In this document: positions 51,901 to 63,748 of the stretch, one piece after another
Layout of the letters: each line of letters starts with the position of its first letter
How positions within the stretch are numbered: position 1 is the stretch's first letter
NCBI GenBank assembly: GCA_951406725.2
Contig: OX597823.1
Coordinates: forward strand, 5,890,001-5,954,000
Source: Octopus vulgaris
Taxonomy: Eukaryota
Direction of reading: 5' to 3'
Length of the DNA stretch: 64,000 nt
The notes under the pieces: generated by a model
Database searches by the model: none
The model's input: the letters and a program-made list of their open reading frames with translations, nothing else
Told to the model about the DNA's origin: nothing
Position numbers and translations under genes: made by a program

Positions 51901-54900
51901 ATCATCAAGGGTCTTATTACTGACCCCCAAGTAGTTGACACCACTATTAAAGGTCAATCAAGTTTAACCTCAAAGTATTCAGATTACTGTGCCAAATGTA
52001 TTACTTATTTATTCGGGTTGTTTTGAATTAATCATGGATTATCTCATAGCTTCAAGATTTCAATGATGTCATTGTTTATTTTAGGAATGACATTGTAGGT
52101 TAGGTGTGAGAAGCTGGATCTGGCCAGTTTGAACACAAAACAGATAGAATATTTAGGCGTCTGATACAGCCAGTTTAACTGCTAAAGGGTTATATCAGGA
52201 ATAAAACACCCAATGATGATTAGCAGTCAAACTAGTCAAAGTACAGTGTAGATCTAAGATGGAGCAAGATGGAAGGGAAGTCACTGAGAAGGTTGCAAAT
52301 GGTGATGAAAGAATTTTGATGTAAAAAAAAAAGAAAAAGGATTGACTGTATAACCAACTAATTAAAAAAAAAATCAATTAGTTGGTTGGATAGATATTTA
52401 GCTAATTGACAAATAATAAAGGAGTGGAATTGGTCCATGTCTTATTAATATTACCATAATGACTCTCCCAATAAACAGCAAAACTTTCTTTAAATATTTC
52501 ATCTCTAAAAAGGTGATTAATAACCTCAAAATTTTACAAAAAACTCAAATAAGATATTTAAACTTGTTGGCTTCAAAGCTCCATTATTGTAGTGCTTTAG
52601 TACTTTGCAGGGCTGGATTAAGACCCATAGAGGCCTTAAGCACTTAAAGGATCTTGGTGACCCCATATACATGTGATTCAAAATACAAACCACAATAAAC
52701 CATAAAATAAATTTTTATTCTTCAAAATGAAACAAAACAATAAGAGAGAAAATAATGTTTATTTTTGTAAACTTCCACTTTAATTATATTTGAAAATTAT
52801 TCTCCTACTTTTTAATTGCAAAGTCTTTGATCAGATCTTCAAAATTAATCTCAAAATTAACATATTTACTTGCATACTTAATAGAGAAAAGGTATCCCAA
52901 ATGTAAATTAAGCAATTTAAAGTGACTTTTTTTCTTGTGCTGTAAATCATTTACTATGGTGTCCCCTTTCCTTTGATGCTCTAAGTGTGTGCTTGTTTTG
53001 CTCAATGGTTAATTCAGCACTGGTGCTTTGTATCTCGAAAGATGTTGTGGGAGGGATGCACCTGAAACCCTTAGAAAGACTACCGATTTTATGAAGTACT
53101 AATGAAGAAATACCAGGTGGCAGTTGTTACCTGCGTGATGTGTGGGGTAGTTTCCACTTCACAGGACCCTTCTCCAGAAATGACAGTAGGGATTCCAACG
53201 AGTTCAAGCAAAGGGTTTCCCTTCACGTCATAGCTTGGCCATTGAATTGTTAATATGCTCTTGGAGACATCACTATCTCCTTTGTTTCTCATCTGAAAAA
53301 CAAATACATACATATATATATACATTTGTAGAAACCTACTCCAAAATCATATATATATAGATATACACACACATACATACATACATACATACATACATAC
53401 ATACACATAATCCATGTACACACACACACATATATAAATATGATATAAAAAGACATGGGTGTGTGGTTAAGTTTCTTTCTTAACCATGTGGTTTTGAGTT
53501 CAGTCCCACTGCATGGCCCCTTGGGCAAGTGTCTTCTGTTTCAGCACTGGGCCAACCAAAACCATTTGAGTGGCTTTGGTGTGTATGAATACATGTATAA
53601 ATAAAGCCACATGAAGCAACGTTGAGTAGAATATATTCTCTAATATGAAAAGACTTTCTGCATAGAAACAGTCCTAGGAGAAAATTGTGTTCCAAGACAT
53701 GTTAAAATGCACACTGGGTTGTGAATGGTGCCATTTGATTACAAGAAGCAGGCATAATGCAGAAGGGCCTCAGGCATATGATCTAACGGCGCCATGTGTT
53801 TTCACATATTGTGAAGGAGCAGAATGTTCTTTCTTGACTATTTCCACAACAGAAGGTTTTCTCACATCCAAATAAACTCAATTGTGTTTATATATCTATG
53901 TAGTCTTGTCTGTGTAGAGGACATTCGCATGTCAAACCTGGTGTTGTGCGATGAGCTGGAGCAAAGAAAGCCTCTCCAGGGCAAGCTACACACAGATTCC
54001 AAAGACCTATTTCAAAGACATTTAAAAACAGTTAATATCAATGCTAACACCTGGGAAGATCTTGCAACAGAGAGGAGGCTGTGGAGGAATCTGGTTGCTA
54101 CTGATGTTAAAGAATTTGAGAACAACAGACTTACATACACTGAGTTGAAACAAACCTGCTGGAAGATATATGGAAGATGTGGGCCTTCTTCCTGAGAAGG
54201 CTATGGAGTGTCTCTTTTGTGCAACCAGTGCGGTTGTGTATTTCTCAAAGACAGGCCTAGTCCTGGAGGGACCTCTGTTTACCAATGTGATAACCAGTAT
54301 GATCTCTTTTGCTCCTTGTGTACCTAAGTGTGTGTGTGTTAACCAGTAAACCCACTTAACATTGTAGGTATCAAAGTCCAGATGGTTTGACCACTACAGG
54401 GGAATGTGTGTGTGTGTGTGGGGGGGACTGTTAGTATGAAATGACTTGTAAGTCCGTTGCAGACTTTAGGAGCCATACAGGATGTTATCAATGATGGGGA
54501 AAACAAACTTGAGATGTGTCTCAGAGTGAAATGGGCCTAGAAAGTGACCTTACATGGTCATGAGTCGATGTCCATCATATATATATTGTCAGACACACAC
54601 AGTGTCTTGCATCCTGAGTATCATGCCACCAAAATCTTCAAGTGGTGTGAAATTTGAGTTGTGAGAAACTCGGAACTTCAGTTTCAACAAATAAACTCTA
54701 CCTTGAAGCTGTGGCATGAAATTCAGAATAAATTTGTTGTGGAGTTTCTTGCTTTCAATTCTCAGAGAATATTGAGTAAACAGAAATTGGGATCAAACGA
54801 AAAATAGTGAAGGGGATCAGAGTGGAGATATTTCCATCTTTCACAAGTTTGGAATGGTTCACATTAAAAGATAAAAAAATGAAACTGTGCAGCTGTTATC

Positions 54901-55679
54901 ATCATCATCATCATCATCATCATGATGATGTTGTATTTGATATAAATGAAGGGATGGGGAGGGAGGGAGGTTTCCAGTGGGAGAAAACATCAAGGGAAAA
55001 GAAGACAAAGGAAGCAGAAATGAATTGGGGTAAATATGTATAATAAAAGAATAGGGAACCATAGGCATGAATGAAAGGTATATGTATGAATATGTAAAGA
55101 TGTCAATGAAACATGTGGTGAGCCCTGGTGGCCAGTTATTGTAAGGGAAGTAATCATTTTTATATAAAAAAAATCTTGGCAGGATTAGAATTTTGAATTT
55201 TAATACAGTTCTATATTTAAGAGATGGGGAATTATTTACATTAATTAAATTTGATATAGATTTGTCCTCATCTGGTTTGTTGTTAACACAACGTTTCGGC
55301 TGATATACCCTCCAGCCTTCATCAGGTGTTTTGGGGGAATTTCGAACCTGGGTTCTCATTTTTAAGGTATGTTGTTGTTGTTGTTATTATCATTATTATT
55401 ATTATTATTATTCAGGTCACTGCTTGGAATCGAACTCGGAATCTTGGGGTTAGTAGCACATGCTCTTAACCACTACAATAAAAGAATAGGGAACCATAGG
55501 CATGTATGAAAGGTATATATATGAATATGTAAAGATGTCAATCAAACATGTGGTGTGCCCTGGTGGCCAGTTATTGTAAGGGAGGTAACCACTACGCCAT
55601 ATGTCTGTGGGCATATGGTGTAGTGGTTAAGAGCGTGGGCTACTAACTTCAAGATTCCAAGTTCGATTCCTGGCAGTGT

Positions 55680-55742
<63 letters not shown>

Positions 55743-58700
55743 CAACAACATCGAAAAATACCTTAGGAATGAGAGCCCAGGTTCGAAATTTGCCCAAGAC
55801 ACCTGATGAAGGCTGGAGGGTAGATCAGCCAAAAAGTTGTGTTAACAACAAACAAGGTGAGGACAAATGTAAATAATGTAAATAACGTTTGAATTTAAAA
55901 TCAAAGAATAAAGAAGATGCCTTGAATGTATGTATTTCATATTTGATCCTTACTCATTAGAAAAATCTTGAGATTTTTAGTCATGGATAAAGGTGAGTGA
56001 AATAAAAATAGATGAAATTACAGAAAATTAGCAAGCTTTAAAGAAACATAAAGGAAAGAAAGAACAATCCCTTGTATTATAGGCAGAAGGCCTGAAGATT
56101 TTTTGGGTGAGGAATTCGTTGATTACATCGACCCCAGTACTTGACTGGTACTTATTTTATCGAAGGATGAAAGGATGAAAGGCAAAGTCAGTCTCAGTGG
56201 AATTTATAACAAGGGGAAAATATTTCAAGATGGAAAATAGAGGCAGGGGAGGTAACTCAGAGACGGCAAAGATAAATATGAAATAAGGGAATTTTTGGAT
56301 AAAGGAAGCGAAAGGAATTCCTGTGTCACATTGAAGATCGAAAGCTTAATTCCTGGGCCCAGGGCTGTGCATTGTGTTCTTGAACAAAACACTTTATTTC
56401 ACATAACTCTTTAATTACTGTGACATCTGATGTGTGGCACACCGTGTGCCTGTACAAGCCACGTCAATTTGATGGAAGAAGTGAACTGTAATATGCAACA
56501 CAAACATTTGATCACTTGAAATATATCATCTGTGCAGCAGGGGTTGTTCAGCAGAAAATTGCAGAACCATCTTTGGTTCTGAGAGACAGAGAGACATACA
56601 TATATATATACATATATGGTGGTTGTCTACTCCTTATGCAGTTTGACCACCTCCTGTACCAACACCTGAGACCCATCATGGCATCTGATGTGGCCTTTTT
56701 AAACCAGACAATGTTTTGAAAAGACAGCACATAGACTGCATATCTCATCTGGATAACTAAGAGCTGCAGTTAAGTTCTGATCTTTGTGGATCTTAAAATG
56801 TCTTTTGAGGCCTCTCTTAGATTTGCAGACCTTGTTGGCATACATTGCATTGAAAGGCAGAATAGTTGATATATATATATATGTATATATATATAAAGAC
56901 AAATCCAAGTCAGAACAGGGAAAAACAACAAAATGTGTGTGTGTGTGTGTGTATGTACATGCACATATAGATAATGCCAGAAAGATGGAATCTTTGAGTG
57001 ATCCCTATAACATATTACAACTGAAAACCAATTCTTCAAACAGAAATAATACATAAGAACTGAAAGACTGGTGCCCACCTCATAGAGATGCTCCACAGAC
57101 GGACCATGTTTTGCTATTGTCTTGTTGTACATGTAACTCTCTCGAATCTCATCTCCTTGACTGGAATTGTAAATTACCTGATCCGGAGTGGATTTACTGA
57201 AATAGGAAAGAGAAATTTATTATTATATTTATATAAAATCCTTAGCCAAAAGTCTTTAATGTTTATAATTCTTTAACCAAATATATAAAAAAAAAAAATG
57301 GTTATGCCCTGTTAAAGGCGATGAGATATTTTAACAGATAAGTTTCATGAATTGGGTGTGATTAGAAGAACAATTATTCAAAATCAGGTAACGAATTAAG
57401 GTAGATTTTCTAATGAGCTAACAGTTATATCAACTCACCATGCTAATAACAATAGAAAATAATATTGAAAGTATGGAACCATGATGTTGTTACTTACCCA
57501 AGAATGATGATATCTGCTGCAGCCTTAACTGGAATGCTGACATTATGGAAATTATTGTGAATATCTTGCTTTTCTTCTTTGTTGGAACTGTGGAAGAGAA
57601 ATTCATAGAAATTAATAGAGAAAGCAAAAATGAAATTGGTAAAAAGAGAAATCCCAACAAAGTAAACCCCTAAAGCCGAAACTAAGAGGAGAGGCAGACA
57701 TGTTGAAGGGTCATTCAGCTTCAACTCTGTCCAGAACCTGTGTGTGAATATGAGTGTTTGCAAATGTGTGTGTGTGTGAATGTGTGTGTGAAAATGTATG
57801 AGTGTATGTGAATGTGTGTATTTTCCTTTCTATCGTTCAACCACCATCACCATCTCACAAGTATGTGTTCCTCTCACCTTACTTTATCCTCCCTCACCAC
57901 CACCACCCTGTTCCTAGAAGTATTGCACCCTTTCTCTTCTGTTCCTGTTCAGCTATAAGGTCCACTTTAAGCCCCTAGTCATGCAATTTGCAAGTTAATA
58001 TCACTAGTACGAGTACCATGTAAAAAGAAAGTCAGCCAGTCCTGCTTCCTGTAAAGCTGTGGAAACCAATCCAAAACAGATATCAGCACACGACGTAGTC
58101 TTTTGACATGTTGGATCCCATCAAACTATCCAACTCGTGTAAACACGGAAGATAGGACATTAAAAGATGATGGTGAATCATGTGGGAGAGCAGAGCCCAT
58201 GACATTTTGTAGGGGTCTCTGAGAGTAACAGGAGGGAGTGATGGAAGGAGGAAGATATTTTCAAACCAGAGACTTGACCCAAACACTTACAACAGAGTGC
58301 TCAAACTAAAGATATCAAAGGTACCAGATTTGTACACTGAATGGAAAGAGGTGGAACAAATACCACAAGGTACCCTGGTCTGATAGTCTTTCAGTACCAC
58401 CAATTCTAAGGTGCATGCCTTAGCTGTTAAGGTGTTGGATTCATGAACCTAAGATTGAGTTTTTGATTCCTGGACTGGGTAATGTGTTGTGTTCTTGAGC
58501 AAGACACTCCATTTCATGTCATTCCAGTCTTCTCAGCTGGCAAAAATAAAAAAAATAAATAAAACTGATCTGCAACAGATCAGTTTTCTGTCCAGGAGAG
58601 AATGTATGAGCCTTGGAAACTGACCCCTGTGAACCTATAGGACCCAAGAAGGATCTCTACCACCAATTCACTGCCTTAGATTGGTATTTCTTATTGGCCC

Positions 58701-58820
58701 TAAAACAATGAAAAATAAAGTTGACTCCTGTGGGATTTGCAGTAAGTTGGGATAAATACCACAAGGTATTTTATCTGATGCACTAACAAATCTGCCATGC
58801 TGTCACCTAAAATTGGTGTA

Positions 58821-58861
<41 letters not shown>

Positions 58862-59023
58862 ACATCTTTGTGTTTGCCTATGACTCACACCACTTGAGAA
58901 CTGGTTTTGACTTAGCAGTTGGGCAAAAGAAATCACTAGATTAAGTATATGACTTAAAGTAAGTGGAAGGTAGGTCAGAGGGAGAAAGATGAGGAGTGAT
59001 GAGGAGGCAGCAAAGAAGCTGTT

Positions 59024-59068
<45 letters not shown>

Positions 59069-62000
59069 TGAGAGAAAAGGAGTCAGAGGGTAAGGGAGCA
59101 GCAGGCAAATGTGATGAGAGAAGTAAAGGAGAGAGAGAGACCCTGGAAGGGACCATTAGGTCAGTATTCAAGCTCTCGAGGACCATAACCAGCCAAGCTA
59201 TTCTAGTGGTAGCCTTGAACAGATTGGCTTTTAGGATAATTAAAGTAAATGAATAATTAACTACACAGTTATTACCAGTTAACTTGGATTTGGAAATCAA
59301 GGAATTTGTTTGATCCATTGACATGTTTTGGTGAGAATTTCATTGTTAAGGAAACCTGGAGAAAAAAAAAGAAAAAAAGAATAAAGCTTGTAAACATCAT
59401 AATTTCATTAGAAGCAATCGGTTGATTAACTTGTTTAATTATTAATCTTTTTTGTTTCTCTTTTGTTCTATGAAAATGGTAAATCTTTGTTTCAACTGAG
59501 AACCATCTTCAGCAGCAGTTCTCAACCATTTTTCTTTTACCTTTGGCCCTCTTTGATTACTGTCTTACTCTGGTGGACCCTATTCAGCCATTTGATGTAA
59601 TTAAGCCATTAAGAAGTAATTTCAAAGAAACTTCTTTCAAAATTCTGAATGGAGGGGGGGGGCGTCAGAATCATGCTAAATTATGTAAAACATCTGAGAA
59701 AGAAACCGAGTATATTGTTTATTTTTTGTTTCTTTTTTTCAATAAATACAACTGAAGCAAAACTTTTTCATGGACCTTAAAATACTGCTGTGGATCCTCA
59801 ATTTACTATTTTGCTTGCATGGAGTCCCAGGGGTCATGGAGACCCTGGTTAAGAACCCCTGATCTACAGGAACTAATGATACTGGCAATGTCATGGAGTT
59901 ATTTTGCAGCCAAGTCATTGTAAGAGGCTTGAATCAAGAAAAGAGGAATTAGGATTCAGAGACAGTTGCAAGCATGACTGTGTGGTTAAAAAGGTTTGCT
60001 TCAAACCACGTAGGGTTTCAGGTTTAGTCCTACTGAGGGAACACCTTGGGTAAGTGTCTTCGACCATATCTCAGGGCTGACCCAAACTTTGAGAGTGGAT
60101 TTGGTAGAGAGAAACTGAAAGAAGTCCATCATGAAATTATTTTACTAAATTCTTTATTATTTTCAAACTTAACTGCCACAAAAGTGGTGCATGGCATCAA
60201 GCGAAATCTGGAACCGAAAGGAATTGAACCGACTTACCTTTTGCTTCTTCTTCAAAGGGTTGCCCAAATCACATACAACAACATTCACATCCCCACTAAC
60301 GATGGCTTTGCAACCAACTGAGATTTTCTGGAATGAAATAGAAAACATTTTCCTCAAATAATGAGAACAGTAAAACTGCATCATCCTCATATAACATCCA
60401 TTTTTCATGCTGGCATGGGTTGGACAGTTTGACAAGATCTTGGCTAGCCAGAAAGGCTGCACCAGGCTCCAATTGTCTGTCTGGGCATGATTTCTATGGC
60501 TGGATCCCCTTCCTAATGCCAACCCCTTTATGTGGCACCAGCATGGGAGCTTTTCATGTGGCACAAGTTGCACAATAATGATAATGCTTTCTGACTGAGG
60601 CACAAAGCCAGCGTATTTGAGCAGAGGGAGGTAATTATTCCATCGAACCCAGTACATGACTGGTACTTATTTTATTGACTCTCAAAAGATGAAAGGCAAA
60701 TTTGACCTCAGCAGCATTTGAACTCAGAATGTGCAGACAGACGAAATTCTACTAAACATTTTGTCCGGAGTGCTAACATTTCAGCCAGCTCGCCACCTTA
60801 AATTAGATATGGGATTATAGAATGCATTAGGTAGTGAGTTTGCTCTTTAAACTTTGACTAAAGTGACTAAAGCTTAAAAAGGACTCACAGCTTTCACATC
60901 TTGTATTTTCACATAAGTGACATCTGGTGGCAGAGTTACAAACAACTGGGTTTCGAATGCATCCTCTTTCTGATTTTCAACTTTAATCTGCATTTCCAAA
61001 TTTTTGCGATTACCAATAATTTGCTGTGATGATGTTCTGTAAAATATAAATATAAAAATATAAAAATTATCATAGCATGAAGATGATGACAATAATGATG
61101 ATAATGGTAACATGACTTTGCAGAGAGCCATAGTAACTCACATTATTCCATACTTCTATAGCATTTTGGGCCTTTATTATATATGTATATAGTTCACCTG
61201 AAACAGCTCAAGAAAAGACAATTACTCCTTTCATTCGTTTTTATTTCTTACTAGCAGCTAAGCCCAGTTTCACCCAGTCTGTTTGGATGATGTGGCTGTG
61301 ATCGTTTTCGGTTAGGCATATGTGAATGAAAATTAAGTTCAGACCTGTACATGGTAGCTAGACCTGGTAGAAATAGCAGCCAAATCTCCCTCAAAATACC
61401 CTACTGTCTTAATCCGACAACTCTGCCTATTATGTAGTTTGAATGAGAAACTGTAACTAAAGATTAAGGTTACTAACCCCACAGAGAGGTGAAAGAGAGA
61501 CAGCATAGCGAAAGTTTTGGCTAACTGTCATCCTGTACTCCCCTTGTTGCTAGCGAAATGGTATATGCCGGCTGTGTGAGCAACTGATTGTTTTAATGGC
61601 GGAACAAACAGGGGAATTCCATTAGAAAAGTTTTAATCGATTTTCTCAGTAAGTATGGGGGCTAGAAAAAAATACAAACCGCATTCTAATCTATGCAGTC
61701 ACTCTTTTAAATCCAGTAAGAGTAGAATGTGAGTTAAAGAGATCAAAATTAAAATCTTCCATCAAAATTTCATGATGGAATTCTGGTTCCAAACACAAAC
61801 TTAATAATGAGAAATGTTATTTTACCAAAATCTTCATTAATTTTAAAATTAATTGAAAAAACAAAAAGAAGCAGTGTATGCCAACAGAAATATGGTATCA
61901 AAATGGTAAAAATCCTACCTGGGAACATATAAAACAAGATCAGGTATACAAATATTATCTGGGCCACAATCTTTCTGAATTTGGATCTGTGAAAGAACAA

Positions 62001-62962
62001 AACATCAAGTTGTAATCGTTAACATCATTGTTATGATTATTATTATTATTAAAAGGCATCTGTGCTGGTGGTACATAAACAGGCACCCACTACACTCTTG
62101 GACTGGTTGGCATTTGGAAGGGCATCCAGCCATAGAAACCAAACCAAATTCAGACTGGAACCCAGTCAAACCATCTAACCCATGCCAACATGGAAAATGG
62201 ATGCTAAATGATGATGGTGATGATGATTACTATCATCATCTCATGTCTTGAAGAGATTCTTGCAAGCTTTTGGTGCCAGATCCAGTGTGCCATTGCGTCT
62301 CTATGGTGTGCATAGCATTGGCTTTTGGGGTGCAGAATTGTGTTTGTATTCTATATTTCTTCTGCTATTTTTTTGTAGATGTTTGTGTTGGTTCATTAAA
62401 CCCTAATGGTTTAATCCTGCTAGTGATTCCATAGTTACCAACCAGGTGAAGGGGTTTTCTTTTGGATAGGGTTTAAAATGCTTCTGTATGTATGTGTGCA
62501 TGCAGTATAATCCCAGGTCTGCTGGATCAGATCCACTCTTCAACCAGGCAATGGCAGCCTTTAAAGTTCTGTTAGGGGTGGAAAACACAATTACATCATT
62601 GCTGTAATTATTGTTTCTACTTTAAGCACAAGTTCTGAAATTTTGTGGAGAGGAGCAAGGCAATTACACTGGCCCCCAGAGCTCAACTGGTGCTTGTTTT
62701 AGCAACCCCAAAAGGCGGAAAGGTGAAGTTGACCTCCGTAGAATCGTCTTTGGCATAATGATAATAATGATAATAATAATAGTAAAACTAGTGTGAAAAA
62801 AATGATTAGATTTATGGAAGCTGGCCTTACCGTTGAGATTTTCGTCTCTGATGTGTATTTATTCAAGATTGGGGTAAGTTCTCGCTTTCTTCGTTTTGCA
62901 GCCTGAACAATCCTATATTCCAAGCTCACACCAACAGGAGTCAATTTGTCTCGTATATTTTC
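44881..62962 (-). CDS. ITGA: Integrin alpha subunit, 3' part (thigh, calf-1, calf-2, TM, cytoplasmic tail); complement(join(44881..44946,47105..47230,47637..47747,49903..50016,51639..51704,53131..53292,57079..57196,57498..57587,59276..59355,60238..60327,60889..61036,61919..61986,62831..62962)); beta-propeller exons lie beyond the window end
   Basis: IRDKLTP, genu CGPDNICIPDL, EDAFE, CDLGNPL, GPSVEHLYE, WP, RKRR furin site, TM helix, CGFFKR tail; all junctions GT-AG and in phase. The subtype cannot be assigned from this fragment. Confidence 0.96.
45640..45832. mobile_element. (TA)n-flanked fold-back insert (~59-bp arms, about 45711-45830) with 3'-half hammerhead GAAACTCAGAGTA-ACAG
   Basis: ...GTTACTCTGAGTTTCCCGTTTCCG-TT-CGGAAACGGGAAACTCAGAGTAAC...; the left side carries an extra ~70 nt. 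Confidence 0.7.
47105..47230 (-). CDS. Integrin alpha transmembrane exon LYTLVNPEKLVPKSRSIPIWVIAIAVAAGILLLFLLIVLLWW
   Basis: cttgtag| / |gtaagt; hydrophobic helix with P.W.I..A...G.LLL pattern. Confidence 0.96.
47637..47747 (-). CDS. Integrin alpha exon MEYLDKHQILSKAKLVVTSIPYDLKWDPYDFPSATKE
   Basis: ttacag| / |gtttgt; 37 codons. Confidence 0.9.
48008..48310. repeat. (ATT/ATC/GTT)n trinucleotide microsatellite, tail of a SINE at 47800-48008
   Basis: Direct reading. Confidence 0.95.
49247..49728 (+). mobile_element. tRNA(Arg)-like-headed SINE with a third, longer body
   Basis: Head as at 6606 and 17362; body includes CCCCGAGAACTAC..TGTGGAGTGCTCAGCCACTTGCACGTTAA, also seen reversed at about 38265. 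Confidence 0.75.
49903..50016 (-). CDS. Integrin alpha exon NCTGKWCSNITCTLGYLKKGDNILVQVRSKLWTSTLLK
   Basis: tttttcag| / |gtaaga; C....C..I.C...L.......RS.LW..T motif. Confidence 0.95.
51639..51704 (-). CDS. Integrin alpha exon KKFQLSNTRKRRETEEKFLYTL (heavy/light chain furin site RKRR)
   Basis: ttttgcag| / |gtatgt; 22 codons, phase 0->0, at the expected calf-2 cleavage loop. Confidence 0.88.
52608..52890 (-). mobile_element. hAT transposon 3' remnant
   Basis: CAGGGCTGGATTAAG terminus; translated INFEDLIKDFAIKK resembles the hAT transposase C-terminus. Confidence 0.6.
53131..53292 (-). CDS. Integrin alpha exon MRNKGDSDVSKSILTIQWPSYDVKGNPLLELVGIPTVISGEGSCEVETTPHITQ
   Basis: tttttcag| / |gtaaca; N.G.S...L.I.WP motif. 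Confidence 0.93.
53890..54300 (+). mobile_element. RTE/BovB-like LINE 3' fragment
   Basis: ORF ...EDIRMSNLVLCDEL..KDLFQRHLKTVNINANTWEDLATERRLWRNLV..FENNR. Confidence 0.75.
55205..55885. mobile_element. Head-to-head inverted pair of a tRNA-headed, (AAT)n-linked, hammerhead-tailed SINE (family B); left arm 55205-55476 plus 55589-55605 (-), right arm 55609-55885 (+)
   Basis: A box TGGTGTAGTGG at 55616, B box GTTCGATTCC at 55661, then (AAT)n and CCTGATGAAGGCTGGAGGGTA; mirrored on the left arm. Confidence 0.8.
55285..55330 (-). ncRNA. Minimal type I hammerhead ribozyme motif, canonical core, sense in the integrin intron
   Basis: AACAC-CUGAUGA-A-GGCUG(GAGGGUAUAU)CAGCC-GAAAC-GUU-GUGUU: stem I 5/5, stem II 5/5, palindromic AACGUU stem III. 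Confidence 0.75.
57079..57196 (-). CDS. Integrin alpha calf-2 exon KSTPDQVIYNSSQGDEIRESYMYNKTIAKHGPSVEHLYE
   Basis: atttcag| / |gtgggc; phase 2->0; GP.V.H.YE motif. Confidence 0.92.
57498..57587 (-). CDS. Integrin alpha exon SNKEEKQDIHNNFHNVSIPVKAAADIIIL(G)
   Basis: ttccacag| / |gtaagt; phase 2->2. Confidence 0.9.
59276..59355 (-). CDS. Integrin alpha exon VSLTMKFSPKHVNGSNKFLDFQIQVN(C)
   Basis: tttctccag| / |gtaata; phase 0->2. Confidence 0.88.
59514..59861. mobile_element. hAT-Charlie-like MITE
   Basis: Imperfect TIR CAGCAGTTCTCAACC ... GGTTAAGAACCCCTG. Confidence 0.55.
60238..60327 (-). CDS. Integrin alpha exon KISVGCKAIVSGDVNVVVCDLGNPLKKKQK
   Basis: ttccag| / |gtaagt; CDLGNP motif. Confidence 0.95.
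60889..61036 (-). CDS. Integrin alpha calf-1 exon TSSQQIIGNRKNLEMQIKVENQKEDAFETQLFVTLPPDVTYVKIQDVKA
   Basis: ttttacag| / |gtgagt; phase 2->0. Confidence 0.93.
61251..61726 (-). mobile_element. Possible non-autonomous Helitron
   Basis: On the minus strand it begins TCTACTC and ends CTAG|T with a weak GC-rich subterminal hairpin. Confidence 0.45.
61919..61986 (-). CDS. Integrin alpha genu exon IQIQKDCGPDNICIPDLVLYVP(R)
   Basis: ttcacag| / |gtagga; phase 0->2; CG.D..C.PDL motif. Confidence 0.95.
62831..62962 (-). CDS. Integrin alpha exon ENIRDKLTPVGVSLEYRIVQAAKRRKRELTPILNKYTSETKIST (thigh)
   Basis: ttttaag| / |gtaagg; 44 codons. Confidence 0.92.
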
Positions 62963-62991
62963 CTTAAAAGATAAACAAAAATAAAGAAACC

Positions 62992-63032
<41 letters not shown>

Positions 63033-63692
63033 CGTGTGCATTCACACATACATATTGATAAACATTTTACAAATACAAGTAAATGCTTCACTGCAAAACT
63101 TTACTAAAGTGCTCAATGAATTTGTCTATATTATTGCAACTCATACTGAATTCAAAGCTATTTATTCAAGAAATCAAATTAAGGCACATATTCACACACA
63201 CACACATATATATAACTCCAAGAAAGTTAGAGGTTGTGAATCCAACCCACTAAGGGATAATATCTATCCAATATACTGCTGGTAGAATACCCAAGTATTA
63301 ATACACAAGTGGTTTTTTATTACTAAATATATATATATATAATCATCTTGCTACAGTCAAAATTTGTGAAGCATGACTGTCACCACTACTACATGAACCT
63401 GAAGATTGCAGAATTTAATGCATGAAAGTACTAGTTTAATCAGAATGAACATTTAACATTCTACTATTTTATTTTATTATATTAATTATCTTATAATATA
63501 TCATTATAAGATTGTAACCCTGATTTCAAATTCTGACGTGAAAATCAGACAGTTCTGAAAAATCGGTATTTTTTGGCTATAACTTCTAAAAATGCTTTAT
63601 AGTTAATGATACTGCTAGTTGTAAATAAACGTTCAGACAAGGTTGGAATTCCTTTTATTAATATATTCTTCTATACACAATCATACACACCC

Positions 63693-63748
<56 letters not shown>

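Noticed and set aside
52930-53070. Extra integrin exon candidate
   Set aside because: Stops or incompatible phase; exon 51639-51704 already links 53131 to 50016 and supplies the furin site
55609-55682. tRNA gene (also 6608, 17290, 49247)
   Set aside because: Imperfect cloverleaf continuous with repeat bodies; these are SINE heads
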